A stretch of 64,000 nucleotides of DNA from Candidatus Levybacteria bacterium RIFCSPHIGHO2_01_FULL_36_15b (GCA_001782045.1 MFNK01000003.1:269049-333048); one strand, 5' to 3'. Shown: positions 1 to 9,775, numbered from the stretch's first letter. The notes: generated by a model not told the origin, from the sequence alone. Numbers and translations: made by a program.

Positions 1-1819
1 AATCGGGATGATACTTTTCTGAAAAGTTTAGATAAAACGGTTCAGTTTTTTTGTCAAGAGTAATTGAATAATGAGAAGTATTATTGGTAGTGAAATTTGA
101 TTTCTTAAATGTGCCTTCATTATGCAGGCTTTCTTTTTCTGGTGTCATATAAATAAGGGGTCTTAAGTTATTATTTCTAAAAACTGCAATGCTTTCAGTA
201 TCAATATTCACTTGTTCTAAATAATCTACAGTGCTCAAATACTCTCTTAAACTATCCCAGGATTTTGCACTTATGTCTGAGTCTGCGTGTTCATTACTCT
301 TCAGAGTTATAACTACGTACCCATAAGAGCCTAGGGATAGCAATTTCTTTCCTATTTCAGATGCAAAAAGAGTTTTAAGCTTCTCTCCTTCAACGTTAGA
401 AGAATCCAAATCTATAGATTTATCAAGGTCCTCTATTGATACTTTCCAGTTTTTTAATGTCGCGACATTTGCCGAAATTACTGGAGTTTTATTACTCGAT
501 ATATCCCAGCGATGATCCATATTTATCCAGAACACCCTTGAATATTCATCTTGCCCTGTTAAAAAAGTATTCAGTTTTTCAACATCGGAAGGAACAGTTT
601 TCGGAACAAACACAGTTCCTATAGAACCTGTCAAAAATGGAACGGTATTCCATAGCGGCAACAAAACTATTAAAAATATAATTATGTATTTTGCAAATTT
701 ATGGTTTTCTAAATAATTAAACAGCCAAAGGGCAAAATAGCCTATCAATACCGAATAGCTCAACACAATTAAAAAATAAAACTTACCTGCTTCCCTAAAG
801 GCACTGAATCCCGGTATATAATCGTAAAATAAATTATAGATTTGTCCAAAAGGAGCACTATCTTGTTTTGCCAAAAAAATTCCAACTAATGCAAGTAGGC
901 CGAAGAAAAAAACTTGCTTATTTCTTCTACCAACTATTAATCCTAAGAATGCAACAATAGGAAATAACCAGAAATGTATTAGAATTGGCTGGACTACAAA
1001 CCAGGTTGTTTCTATTCCTGTCCAAAATGGATAAAAAAGAGAACCAACATTTTGAATATTAAAAAAATTACCTTCTATGATGGGTCTATTTAAAAATTCA
1101 TTGTTTGCAAGAGTGCCAGTTGTAAGATTAGGAATTATCCAATAAATATTCAGTATTAATAAGAGGATGAAAACAGAAAAAAATAGAGACAAATTTTTCT
1201 TGAGTTGAGTCCGCCAATTTTTTTCCAGAAAAAACTGATTGTAGAAAAAGTAAAGTAAAATAACTCCACTTACTATATAAAAAGTTCTAAAATCAACGGA
1301 TCCAGACGCAAACAATAAAAGTGTTGTAATCGGTATAAATAGTTTTTTCTTAGTTTCAAGCAAATAAATAAAAGAAAGAAAAGCAAAAGTACAACAAATA
1401 AATCCTAAAGGCAAAAATACGTGGCCCTGAGTTAATATTGAAAGAAAGTAAGTATTGTATGTGAAAATCAGTGACCCAACAAATCCTGCAATATTAGAAT
1501 TTGTAATTTTTCTTGTCAGCAAAAATCCCGCAATAGTACCTAGTATTGCGATTGGCCAGAATATTAAAAACTTCTCGGCAATATTTCCATCAAACCCTAA
1601 CTGTCCAAATAAACCGTATAGAAATCTAAAAGGATATTCCCATAACGTTACCCCCCCTTTCCAAAAGGAAGGGAAAATAAAATCCTTAATTGCGGCATTC
1701 GAACGGAAAACCCAGTCAGCATAAGAAAAGACAGAGAATGAAAACCATTCTTTATACACGATAATAGAAATAATCAACAGAAACTCAAGGGGGAGAAATT
1801 TCAATAATAATTTTTTCAC
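1..1819 (-). CDS. Partial (C-terminus off the left edge) paralog of the ~730-aa polytopic membrane protein family A, probably a GT-C-like glycosyltransferase with a C-terminal extracytoplasmic domain
   Basis: Manual minus-strand translation from a GTG/TTG start near 1819 gives ...KKLLLKFLPLEFLLIISIIVYKEWFSFSVFSYADWVFRSNAAIKDFIFPSFWKGGVTLWEYPFRFLYGLFGQLGFDG.... The frame stays open wherever I checked down to position 1. The product parallels 2813-4993 and 14826-17048 (shared ...FxAFREA.KFY... and ...EPFYLNFSES... segments). It is absent from the ORF track only because no stop falls inside the window. Confidence 0.6.
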   Translation of the reverse strand, partial: MKKLLLKFLPLEFLLIISIIVYKEWFSFSVFSYADWVFRSNAAIKDFIFPSFWKGGVTLWEYPFRFLYGLFGQLGFDGNIAEKFLIFWPIAILGTIAGFLLTRKITNSNIAGFVGSLIFTYNTYFLSILTQGHVFLPLGFICCTFAFLSFIYLLETKKKLFIPITTLLLFASGSVDFRTFYIVSGVILLYFFYNQFFLEKNWRTQLKKNLSLFFSVFILLLILNIYWIIPNLTTGTLANNEFLNRPIIEGNFFNIQNVGSLFYPFWTGIETTWFVVQPILIHFWLFPIVAFLGLIVGRRNKQVFFFGLLALVGIFLAKQDSAPFGQIYNLFYDYIPGFSAFREAGKFYFLIVLSYSVLIGYFALWLFNYLENHKFAKYIIIFLIVLLPLWNTVPFLTGSIGTVFVPKTVPSDVEKLNTFLTGQDEYSRVFWINMDHRWDISSNKTPVISANVATLKNWKVSIEDLDKSIDLDSSNVEGEKLKTLFASEIGKKLLSLGSYGYVVITLKSNEHADSDISAKSWDSLREYLSTVDYLEQVNIDTESIAVFRNNNLRPLIYMTPEKESLHNEGTFKKSNFTTNNTSHYSITLDKKTEPFYLNFSEKYHPD

Positions 1820-1845
1820 TTTTTTTTCAAAGACTATTACGTCTT

Positions 1846-2715
1846 CTAGGAGTTTTTATTTTTAAACTTTAAGTCAAATAGTTGGTAAATTACTCCAGCG
1901 ACCAACACAAAAAAGGCTATTACTGTAAGGTCCATAGAGAGCTGCGTTTTTTTTAGGTAATATACAATTGCTGCTAAGTTAATTATTAAAATTCCAAAGA
2001 TAATAATTAATGCTGACATGTTCTTTTTTGCCCAGCTTAAATTAAAAATTTTTAATTGATTTAAACCAAGATTAATTAAAAATAAGGAAAGAATTATAAA
2101 ATTAACATAAATTCCAGTTCCTATTAAGGTTGGGAAGCCTAACTCTATCTTTTCAATTTTTTCCTCCATTATATAACCTACTAGATTAGAGGGATTTGAA
2201 AACAGATAACTTTTAGGATATTGGTATAAAACTGCGCCCAAGGGTTCTACAGAACTAATACCGATTGAATGTTCCGGTTTCCCATCCAAAGACTCAACTT
2301 CAAAGATATAGGTTTTTGCTTTAGAATTAGAGATAACAGGAAAGCCAAAAGGGAAAAGCATATTAGGTTGAAACTGGCCTGTTGTGTATGCGCTTTCATA
2401 ATACCAATCTTTGGCTCCTTCTTCTTTAATCCTGAAAACAACACTATCCGGATTGATTCTCTGGAAGTTGTAAAAACGAATAGAAACCTGTCCCAAAAAA
2501 TCGTTAGTTGCAATAAAGCTACCTTGAAGCTTCTCACCTTTTATTAGTTCTCCGTAGTCAACGTTCTCAACCTGAAAGTTGCCCGGAGCCTTGGTTGTTA
2601 CAGAAAAAGCTTCTTCCCCTAAGTTGGTTTGAACAACAGTTAAATTAGATGCACTGTAAATATAAACAGCAGTCAAAAATATGAAAAATAATAAGAGTGT
2701 AATTTTTTTTATCAT
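1846..2715 (-). CDS. Hypothetical exported, membrane-anchored protein (N-terminal signal anchor, ~200-aa extracytoplasmic domain, 3 C-terminal TM helices)
   Basis: 289-aa ORF. It has a hydrophobic N-terminus (LLLFFIFLTAVYIY) and a hydrophobic C-terminal third. The stop at 1846-1848 was verified. It sits between two family-A membrane genes. Confidence 0.55.
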   Translation of the reverse strand: MIKKITLLLFFIFLTAVYIYSASNLTVVQTNLGEEAFSVTTKAPGNFQVENVDYGELIKGEKLQGSFIATNDFLGQVSIRFYNFQRINPDSVVFRIKEEGAKDWYYESAYTTGQFQPNMLFPFGFPVISNSKAKTYIFEVESLDGKPEHSIGISSVEPLGAVLYQYPKSYLFSNPSNLVGYIMEEKIEKIELGFPTLIGTGIYVNFIILSLFLINLGLNQLKIFNLSWAKKNMSALIIIFGILIINLAAIVYYLKKTQLSMDLTVIAFFVLVAGVIYQLFDLKFKNKNS

Positions 2716-2812
2716 GGTTCTTTCTTATAAAAATATAAAGATGAGTCCAATATTATTACTGTTAAGACAGCATCATTATTATAAAGCTTTTTACCTGAAA
2801 TGAAATAGTTCT

Positions 2813-4993
2813 TCACTCATCTTTCCTCTTCTTAATATTCATTACACCGTAATAAGACAGATATCCAGTGACTGCCAGTAAAGTAGTAAGACTCACTATT
2901 CCACCAAGATAGAGGTATAACTGAGGTTTAAAATAAACCGTCGCTTCGATATTATAACTGCCATCAGAATTTTGCTCGCAAGCTATTTGCTTGCAAATAG
3001 ATATGGGACTTAAGAGAAATGAATTAAGGGTAGCATCATTTTCAAAATGATTGCTGTCTGGAATTTGAATCATGGAGTCTTTATGTTCGGAAACTGTGAG
3101 AACTTTCCACCATGCAAAGTCTCCTACGTAAACTGTCCAATCGGGATGGTAACTTTCGGAGAAATTTAAGTAAAAAGGTTCTTTAACATTTTTTAAACTC
3201 ACAGAATATTGTGTGGGATGAACAAACTCATATGAAACCTTTTCAAAAGGAATTTCTTTTCTGATTGTTTCCTTCTCTTGTGTTATGTATAGATGGGGCA
3301 TAAAGTTCTCATTTTCATAAACAGCTAAGTCTTTCGTTCCTATATCTATTTTCTTAAGCCAAGTAATCTTATTCAGACTGTTTATGTAGTACTGTCTGGG
3401 TTCCCCGTAGTGTACAAAAAAGTCATCATCATTAGCCTTATCTTGGATTGGAACATAAACATATCTTATCGAAGACAATTTAAACAAATTTGGAGTATTT
3501 TTATAATTCAAAAAAGATAAAGTTTGCTGGGCTTGATTTGAATTATCATCTGATAAGAAGCTATTAAATAGATTCTTCCACTCAATATTTACAATATCAA
3601 TCAAGCTAATTTCCGGGTGAATATTTGTAAAGAAAGTCCACTTTGAAACTTTAGGTATCCAAAGAGTTCTAAAATAATCTGATTGTTTATTTATAAAATC
3701 TTTATTAACTATATAATCTTTTGGTATCGTGCGTGTGACAAAGAGGGTTCCTATCTCCCCTGTGATCAAAGGTTTCGTATTCCATAAAAATATTGCAATG
3801 ATTAGAATCGTAAGAAAATATTTTCCATAAACACTCATTCTAGTTTTTTTCCAATTCTTCCATAACCATGCCACAAAACCGGTAATCAGTACAGAATAAC
3901 CCAGAGCTGTAAGGGGATAAAACTTACTTGCTTCCCTAAAAGCATCAAATCCTGGCAAATGCAAATAAAGCCACAAATACAAACCTGGAAAAGGGGCTCC
4001 TGATTGTTTTGTTAGTAGAATACCCAAAAGAGCAAGTAAACCAAAAAATATTACAATTTTATTCTTTCTATTTAGATATAATCCCAAAAATGCAACAATA
4101 GGTATCAACCAATAATAAATAGGGATTTGTTGAGGATTAAATACTGCAGGTAAAGAACCTGACCAGAATGATTGGTAAAGCGTAATTGAATATAAAATGT
4201 TTGAAAATCCATCACCGAATAAACCTCTATGGAAGAGATCACTATTTGTTAAAGACCCCGAATGGGAAAGTCCCATTATCCAATAAGAACTAAGGAGAAA
4301 AGCGATTATTGCGGGTACCAGACCGACAGTAAATTTGTGAATTAAATGCCGTAATTGTTTTTTATTATTAATAAATAGTAAGTAGTAAATAAAATACATA
4401 GATAATATAATTCCCATTACATATCCCGCCCTAGTCTCATAAGAAATTATGATAAATAAAGATAGGGCTGTGAGCAATATATAAACTAATTTTTCTCTAT
4501 CTAGACTCTCTATGTAAAAAAATATTACTAGAGGAAACAAGGCAAAAGCTGCCATTAAGGTTAAGGTTCCAGTCTGCAAAATAAGAAAATACGTATTGAA
4601 ACTATAAATCAGAATACCTGTAACTACTGCGGCCTTATTCTTAAATAATTTATTAAGAAGAAAATATGAAGAAATTGGAGATAAAATTACAGCCGGCCAA
4701 AAATGAATGAGTCTTTCCGACAAAGCATAACTTAAGCCAAAATACTTTGAGAGTATTCCATATAACGCGTACGTTGGTGCTTGACTAACATCTACAATTA
4801 CACGACCAAAAGAAGCATCTCCTAACCATAGTGTGAAATAATATAAACGAAGACTGCTCATGGTTTCTTCAAAGAAAAAAATCCAATCTCCGCTCGTTAA
4901 AATTTCCAGGTTCAAGAACCAAGTGTGGTATACCACCATATAGATGACTATTAAAAAAATCATCCAGGACAAATGTTTTATCTTGTTAAACAT
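2813..4993 (-). CDS. Family A polytopic membrane protein (726 aa): N-terminal ~12-TM domain plus ~300-aa C-terminal extracytoplasmic domain and a terminal TM; putative GT-C-like glycosyltransferase
   Basis: Long hydrophobic N-terminal half and a hydrophilic C-terminal domain ending in the TM LYLGGIVSLTTLLAVTGYL. Paralogous to 14826-17048 and to partial 1-1819, with nucleotide-level similarity (e.g. aaacttac(c/t)tgcttccctaaa). Confidence 0.8.
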   Translation of the reverse strand: MFNKIKHLSWMIFLIVIYMVVYHTWFLNLEILTSGDWIFFFEETMSSLRLYYFTLWLGDASFGRVIVDVSQAPTYALYGILSKYFGLSYALSERLIHFWPAVILSPISSYFLLNKLFKNKAAVVTGILIYSFNTYFLILQTGTLTLMAAFALFPLVIFFYIESLDREKLVYILLTALSLFIIISYETRAGYVMGIILSMYFIYYLLFINNKKQLRHLIHKFTVGLVPAIIAFLLSSYWIMGLSHSGSLTNSDLFHRGLFGDGFSNILYSITLYQSFWSGSLPAVFNPQQIPIYYWLIPIVAFLGLYLNRKNKIVIFFGLLALLGILLTKQSGAPFPGLYLWLYLHLPGFDAFREASKFYPLTALGYSVLITGFVAWLWKNWKKTRMSVYGKYFLTILIIAIFLWNTKPLITGEIGTLFVTRTIPKDYIVNKDFINKQSDYFRTLWIPKVSKWTFFTNIHPEISLIDIVNIEWKNLFNSFLSDDNSNQAQQTLSFLNYKNTPNLFKLSSIRYVYVPIQDKANDDDFFVHYGEPRQYYINSLNKITWLKKIDIGTKDLAVYENENFMPHLYITQEKETIRKEIPFEKVSYEFVHPTQYSVSLKNVKEPFYLNFSESYHPDWTVYVGDFAWWKVLTVSEHKDSMIQIPDSNHFENDATLNSFLLSPISICKQIACEQNSDGSYNIEATVYFKPQLYLYLGGIVSLTTLLAVTGYLSYYGVMNIKKRKDE

Positions 4994-5021
4994 ATAGGTT
5001 TAGCTAAATTTGAATTTATAT

Positions 5022-6212
5022 CTAGTTTACTCTCGCAATATCAGATAAGACTTTATGAAGACGCTTATATATTCTTCCTGGGTCGAATCTAGCCTCGGTA
5101 ATTTCTTTAATCAATTCTACTTTAAAAATACCCTTATTTCTTGAAATTTGGATTATCTTTTTTGCAAATTCCTTATTACTACTGACAAGAAATCCCGTTT
5201 TATTCTGCTCGATTATATCACGAGGACCTGCGGGCATATTAAACGCAATTACGGGCAATCCTGCCGCCTGAGCCTCCAGAACACTATATGAAAACGTTTC
5301 CCACTTACTAGTACAGATAAATAAATCATTTTCTTTATAAATACTCGGCATGTATCTATGCTCTACGGATCCCATATAATTCACGTTATTCCATCTCTCA
5401 GCTGACTTAATAATTTTCTCTCTAAGAACCTTACTTCCGTCACCAATAATATTAAAAATAAACTGATTTTCATATCCTCTTAAATTAAGATAGTCAATCA
5501 CGGACAATAAGTCAGGAATTCCTTTCCCTTCTGCAAGTCTACCGACCCATAGAATATTGAGTTTTTTCTTATCCCAATTATGGTTAAACTTACTGTTTCT
5601 TCTAGTATTATTTGTTTTAAAATCTAAGGCATTATAAATCTTAACTATGTTCTTAGCGGGCATTAACCTTCTAAGATATTGCTCATCAGAACTGTTAAGC
5701 ACGTGAAACGCCTTAACATCTGATGTTAAAAATCTGTAAATGAAACCGCTATAGAGAAAATTATGCAGTTTCGATTGTAAAGATTTTGTTTCCGGGTAAT
5801 AAAAAGGTGTATGACAACCAAATATAACTGGAGGTAAATTTTCATATCCAACTAGGAATTTTAAAATAAAGGCTTCCAGAACTTCATTTTTGCTGTAAAT
5901 TACATCATATTCCTGAAGCTTCTTTCGAAGTGATCTTATAGAATCTACTTTAAAATAACCAGCGTCGCCTAAATTTTCCTCGATGTTCTTTTTGCTCTCT
6001 TTATAAATAAGACTCATGTCCATTTTTGATACAAAAGATAAATAGAATATATGAGTCAATCTCATGATTGTTAAGGCGAACTTATCATCCATGGTGACAA
6101 CGTCTGCTTTGACCGAAGGTAATTTAGATAAATTAGATGAGGTTTCGATAAAATACTTCGCAAGTCCTCCACCATGCTCTAGAAAAAATACAGTAAAAAA
6201 GGCTACTTTCAT
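5022..6212 (-). CDS. Glycosyltransferase family 4 (GT-B fold)
   Basis: GRLAEGKGIPDLL... and the E-x7-E region ...TFSYSVLEAQAAGLPVIAFNMPAGPRDII. Confidence 0.8.
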   Translation of the reverse strand: MKVAFFTVFFLEHGGGLAKYFIETSSNLSKLPSVKADVVTMDDKFALTIMRLTHIFYLSFVSKMDMSLIYKESKKNIEENLGDAGYFKVDSIRSLRKKLQEYDVIYSKNEVLEAFILKFLVGYENLPPVIFGCHTPFYYPETKSLQSKLHNFLYSGFIYRFLTSDVKAFHVLNSSDEQYLRRLMPAKNIVKIYNALDFKTNNTRRNSKFNHNWDKKKLNILWVGRLAEGKGIPDLLSVIDYLNLRGYENQFIFNIIGDGSKVLREKIIKSAERWNNVNYMGSVEHRYMPSIYKENDLFICTSKWETFSYSVLEAQAAGLPVIAFNMPAGPRDIIEQNKTGFLVSSNKEFAKKIIQISRNKGIFKVELIKEITEARFDPGRIYKRLHKVLSDIARVN

Positions 6213-6291
6213 CTTGCGTTTAGATTGGAGATTGTAAGTTTTGTATGTATAATAAGCTTAATTATATATTGAGAGTCAACGCAAGACAATA

Positions 6292-7284
6292 ATGATAAAC
6301 CAGCATATTACAATATTCATTCCAACATACAATAACGAGACAACTATTTTAGATACCCTACAAAGCATAGAAAGACAGAAAACAAATCAGATTCGTAAAA
6401 TAATCATTATCGATGATGGGTCAACTGATCAAACTATAGATCTTATTAATAATCATATTAAAACTTCTCACATTGAATTCAATTTTATCAAGAACACCAA
6501 ACCAACAGGATTGTCTAGAAAATATAATAAGGCAATTGATTTAGTTAAAACAGAGTTATTGATAATAATGCACGCTGATATTGTAATAGAGAGAAATAAT
6601 GCTATAGAAAAATATTATAAAATTATGGAAAACGAAAGCAATGTTGCGGCCATAAGTAAGATTAGACATAGATTCGAAGACTGGAAAAAATTTACTTTTT
6701 GGGAAAAATGTGAATTCGATAGATTCCTCATGTCTCAAAGGCATTTTCTTGCTGCCAAATTTGATATTTATAGAGTTTCTGCTCTTAAAAAAGTCGGTAA
6801 GTTTGATGCAGAAAAATATTACGCGGGAGGAGAGGATGCTGATTTGTGGTTAAAACTAGAGAAATTAGGAAACATCATAAAATCAGAAAACGTGTATATA
6901 CATAAACAATCTTTCGCTAAAGATTATTCTCTTTTTAGATTAATTTATAGAAGTGCAAGATATGCAGAAGCGGCAGGGGCAGTACTTAAAAACCATTACA
7001 GTCAATATAGTCTTATAGATCTAATGTTACTTTTCTTCAGAGAATTTCTAACTTTATTTTTCGTAATTGGACTTGTCATCTATTTATTATTTGAAATATC
7101 TCTATTGCTAATTGCAGCAATATTTTTATTTATATTGTTTTCTTTTGCAAACACGAAAAATACTTATTTATATTCTGGTATGAACCCAAGAATTTTAATT
7201 TTACCTTTCGTCAATGTTTGCTTAATCTTTGTAAGCAATTTTTTTGTTCTCAGAGGGTTCATAAGGGGTAAAGAAGTTTTATAA
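6292..7284 (+). CDS. Glycosyltransferase family 2 with C-terminal transmembrane segments
   Basis: N-terminal IFIPTYNNETTILDTLQSI...IIIIDDGSTDQT (GT-A DxD region). The C-terminal ~80 aa are hydrophobic. Confidence 0.8.
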   Translation: MINQHITIFIPTYNNETTILDTLQSIERQKTNQIRKIIIIDDGSTDQTIDLINNHIKTSHIEFNFIKNTKPTGLSRKYNKAIDLVKTELLIIMHADIVIERNNAIEKYYKIMENESNVAAISKIRHRFEDWKKFTFWEKCEFDRFLMSQRHFLAAKFDIYRVSALKKVGKFDAEKYYAGGEDADLWLKLEKLGNIIKSENVYIHKQSFAKDYSLFRLIYRSARYAEAAGAVLKNHYSQYSLIDLMLLFFREFLTLFFVIGLVIYLLFEISLLLIAAIFLFILFSFANTKNTYLYSGMNPRILILPFVNVCLIFVSNFFVLRGFIRGKEVL

Positions 7285-7315
7285 GTCCAATTGCAAAGGC
7301 TTCAAATGTTGTTCA

Positions 7316-8167
7316 CTATAATGTATTTTCCTTCAAAAATCTTCTTAGTCCGTCCTCCCATCTTGGTAAAACAATACCCATCTCCCTGGCCTTCGTATTT
7401 TTTAAAGGTGAGAATAATGGCGGCTTAGATGGCCTGTCAAAATCTTTTAAACTTATTGGAATTATGTTTATTCCATCTACATCGGAAAGTGCAAAAGCTT
7501 TTTTTGCCAACTGTAGCCTAGAAGCCATACCCTCGTTAACTAAGTGATAAAGTCCGAATTCATCAGATAATAATAATTCCTTAATAGCAGCAGCAAGATC
7601 TAGGGAATATGTAGGTGAGCTTATTTCATCTTTAACTATTCGAATTTGCTTGAGTTCCTTAGCTTTGCTAAATATTACATAAAGAAAATTGCGGCTCCAT
7701 TTACTGTATAACCAAGAAGTTCTAATGATAAAGTATTTTTTTAAATTCTCTTTTATGATATTTTCGGCGTGAAATTTTGTTTTACCCGCAATCGTTATTG
7801 GATTTGCCTTATCTTTTTCGATGTAAGCAGACTTCTTTTTGCCATCAAATACCTCGTTAGTACTTACAAAAAGAAGTGGAATGTCAAATTTTTTACATAC
7901 CTCCACAATATTTCTTGTTCCCTCTACGTTAATTCTATATGCTAGATCAGGATCTCTCGCGCAGTCATCGGCTCGAGTTAAAGAGGCAAAATGAAAAATC
8001 TTTCTAGGCTTAATTTTCGAGATTATCTTTGATACAAGATTTTTGTCTGTTACATCAAGCTCACTTTTAGTGGCCAAATAAAGTTCTCTTTTGGGGTATA
8101 CATCTAACATCGATTTTGCCAGTTGTCCATTACCTCCTGTTACCAATATGAGATTATTTAATTCCAT
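7316..8167 (-). CDS. RmlD-family NAD(P)H-dependent 4-keto-6-deoxy-sugar-nucleotide reductase (dTDP-4-dehydrorhamnose reductase-like)
   Basis: 283 aa. LILVTGGNGQLAK (Rossmann), AGKTKFHAE (YxxxK-like), IIRTSWLYS, GLYHLVNEG and LPRWEDGLRRFL align with RmlD. Confidence 0.75.
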   Translation of the reverse strand: MELNNLILVTGGNGQLAKSMLDVYPKRELYLATKSELDVTDKNLVSKIISKIKPRKIFHFASLTRADDCARDPDLAYRINVEGTRNIVEVCKKFDIPLLFVSTNEVFDGKKKSAYIEKDKANPITIAGKTKFHAENIIKENLKKYFIIRTSWLYSKWSRNFLYVIFSKAKELKQIRIVKDEISSPTYSLDLAAAIKELLLSDEFGLYHLVNEGMASRLQLAKKAFALSDVDGINIIPISLKDFDRPSKPPLFSPLKNTKAREMGIVLPRWEDGLRRFLKENTL

Positions 8168-8275
8168 TAAATTTTTGAAAAAGTATTAAACTTGTGTACA
8201 TATTATCATTTTTTATACATCTATTCTACATTCGTAGGTATTTCACTTTTTAAAAAAACATGATATATTTGCAAA

Positions 8276-9355
8276 ATGGCGGCAAAGAGAGCATTAATTA
8301 CAGGAGTTACAGGGCAGGATGGCTCATACATGGCAGAACTTCTTCTGGAAAAAGGCTACAAAGTATACGGTCTTCAGAGACACGCAAGTTATCCAAATAC
8401 ATCACGTATAGACCATTTACTTAATAATGCTAAATTTCCAAATTTCCAAACTGCCTTTGGCGATCTTTCCGATAGCGCAAACATTGCTGCAATTATTGAC
8501 AAGGCGGAGCCCGATGAAATTTATAATCTTGGAGCGCTTAGTCATGTCGGAGTTAGTTTTACAATGCCCGAGTATACAGTGGATGTTACAGGATTAGGGG
8601 CACTACGTATCTTAGAAGCCATACACCAGTTAAAGGCACCAACTAAATTTTATCAAGCTGGATCATCAGAAATGTTTGGAGCCGTTGAAAAACAGACGTT
8701 TCAGAACGAAAATACTCCATTTAATCCTCAATCTCCATATGCTATGTCAAAAGTTCTTGCTTTTCATACAACTCGGATATATAGAAAAAGCTACAATATT
8801 TTCGCAGCCAATGGAATTCTTTTTAATCACGAATCACCGCGACGGGGGGTATCTTTTGTTACACGGAAAATAACATTGGGTTTATCCCGAGTGAAGCTAG
8901 GACTGCAGGATGTACTTATGCTTGGTAACTTAAATGCTAAAAGAGATTGGGGATACTCAAGGGATTATGTTGAAGGAATTCATAAAATATTAAATTACAA
9001 AACGGCAGATGATTTCATCCTGGCAACTGGTGAGACACATACTGTACGTGAGTTTGTTGAGAGTGTTGCCAAGCAATTGGGATTTGATTTGGCGTGGAAA
9101 GGAAAGGGCCTAAAGGAAAAAGGCATTGATCGTAAGACTGGGAAAAAAATTATAGGCATAGATCCGGTCCACTTTCGTCCTGCAGAAGTAGATTATCTTC
9201 TCGGCGACTCATCAAAAGCAAGAAAGCTCCTTGGCTGGAAACCTAAAGTTAATTTCCAACAATTAGTTGAAATCATGATCAAGCATGATTATGATCTTAT
9301 GAAAAAAAATTTGGGAAAGGGACATAAATTAGTAACTAGACACCGTTTTTATTAA
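8276..9355 (+). CDS. gmd: GDP-mannose 4,6-dehydratase
   Basis: ALITGVTGQDGSYMAELLLEKGYKVYG, GSSEMFG, SPYAMSK, ILFNHESPRRG, FVTRKIT and DPVHFRPAEVDYLLGD are near-identical in pattern to bacterial Gmd. Confidence 0.95.
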   Translation: MAAKRALITGVTGQDGSYMAELLLEKGYKVYGLQRHASYPNTSRIDHLLNNAKFPNFQTAFGDLSDSANIAAIIDKAEPDEIYNLGALSHVGVSFTMPEYTVDVTGLGALRILEAIHQLKAPTKFYQAGSSEMFGAVEKQTFQNENTPFNPQSPYAMSKVLAFHTTRIYRKSYNIFAANGILFNHESPRRGVSFVTRKITLGLSRVKLGLQDVLMLGNLNAKRDWGYSRDYVEGIHKILNYKTADDFILATGETHTVREFVESVAKQLGFDLAWKGKGLKEKGIDRKTGKKIIGIDPVHFRPAEVDYLLGDSSKARKLLGWKPKVNFQQLVEIMIKHDYDLMKKNLGKGHKLVTRHRFY

Positions 9356-9380
9356 ACACAACTAACTAAATTCACATAAT

Positions 9381-9761
9381 GTGGAAAAAATAGCATATAA
9401 AAATAACTTAATAGCTCTTCGGCTAAAAAAAATTAAAAATGGAGTAATGTCTTTTACTGAACCAAGCGAGCCGATACAGCTTGTAACTCATAAAAGGTCC
9501 TTGGGAGAATACACAAAGGCGCACCTTCATTCACCCAAGAAACGTACTACGAATAAACTGCAGGAGTGCTTAGTTCTTATAAAGGGAAAGATAAAAATTG
9601 ACTTATATAATAGTGAGAAAAAATACTTCAAGTCTATTTTCATATCAGCAGGAGAAGCTGTTATATTCGTTAGTGGAGGACATGGTGTGCATATACTCGA
9701 GGACAGCGAAATTATAGAGATTAAGAATGGCCCTTTTATCGAAGATAAGGTTTTAATTTAA
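9381..9761 (+). CDS. Small cupin-fold protein, WxcM/FdtA-like sugar-nucleotide ketoisomerase/epimerase-like
   Basis: 126 aa with a His-x-His region (KAHLHSP) and C-terminal ...GGHGVHILEDSEIIEIKNGPF. Paralog of 18191-18589. Confidence 0.5.
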   Translation: MEKIAYKNNLIALRLKKIKNGVMSFTEPSEPIQLVTHKRSLGEYTKAHLHSPKKRTTNKLQECLVLIKGKIKIDLYNSEKKYFKSIFISAGEAVIFVSGGHGVHILEDSEIIEIKNGPFIEDKVLI

Positions 9762-9775
9762 ATTAAAACAATATT

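Noticed and set aside
1651-1657. G7/C7 homopolymer inside the family A partial gene as a phase-variation tract
   Set aside because: Only 7 nt long. It reads in-frame as K-G-G-V, and I initially mis-suspected a frameshift here. It is too short to call a contingency locus without population data.
436-1724. Plus-strand ORFs 436-624 and 1455-1724
   Set aside because: They lie entirely inside the long minus-strand family A partial gene (1-1819), which has strong paralog support. They are shadow ORFs in an AT-rich region.
2247-2547. ORFs 2247-2537 (-) and 2269-2547 (+) within 1846-2715
   Set aside because: Both are embedded in a longer ORF. They are low complexity with no motif support.
2813-4993. 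Family A proteins as bona fide oligosaccharyltransferases (STT3/PglB/AglB)
   Set aside because: Architecture is similar, but I could not find a WWDYG/DK/MI motif in the C-terminal domains. I kept them as unassigned GT-C-like instead.
9341-9375. Short palindrome cacat-a-atgtg after gmd as a terminator
   Set aside because: Only a 5-bp stem with no following T-tract. The next gene starts 25 nt downstream and is likely co-transcribed.
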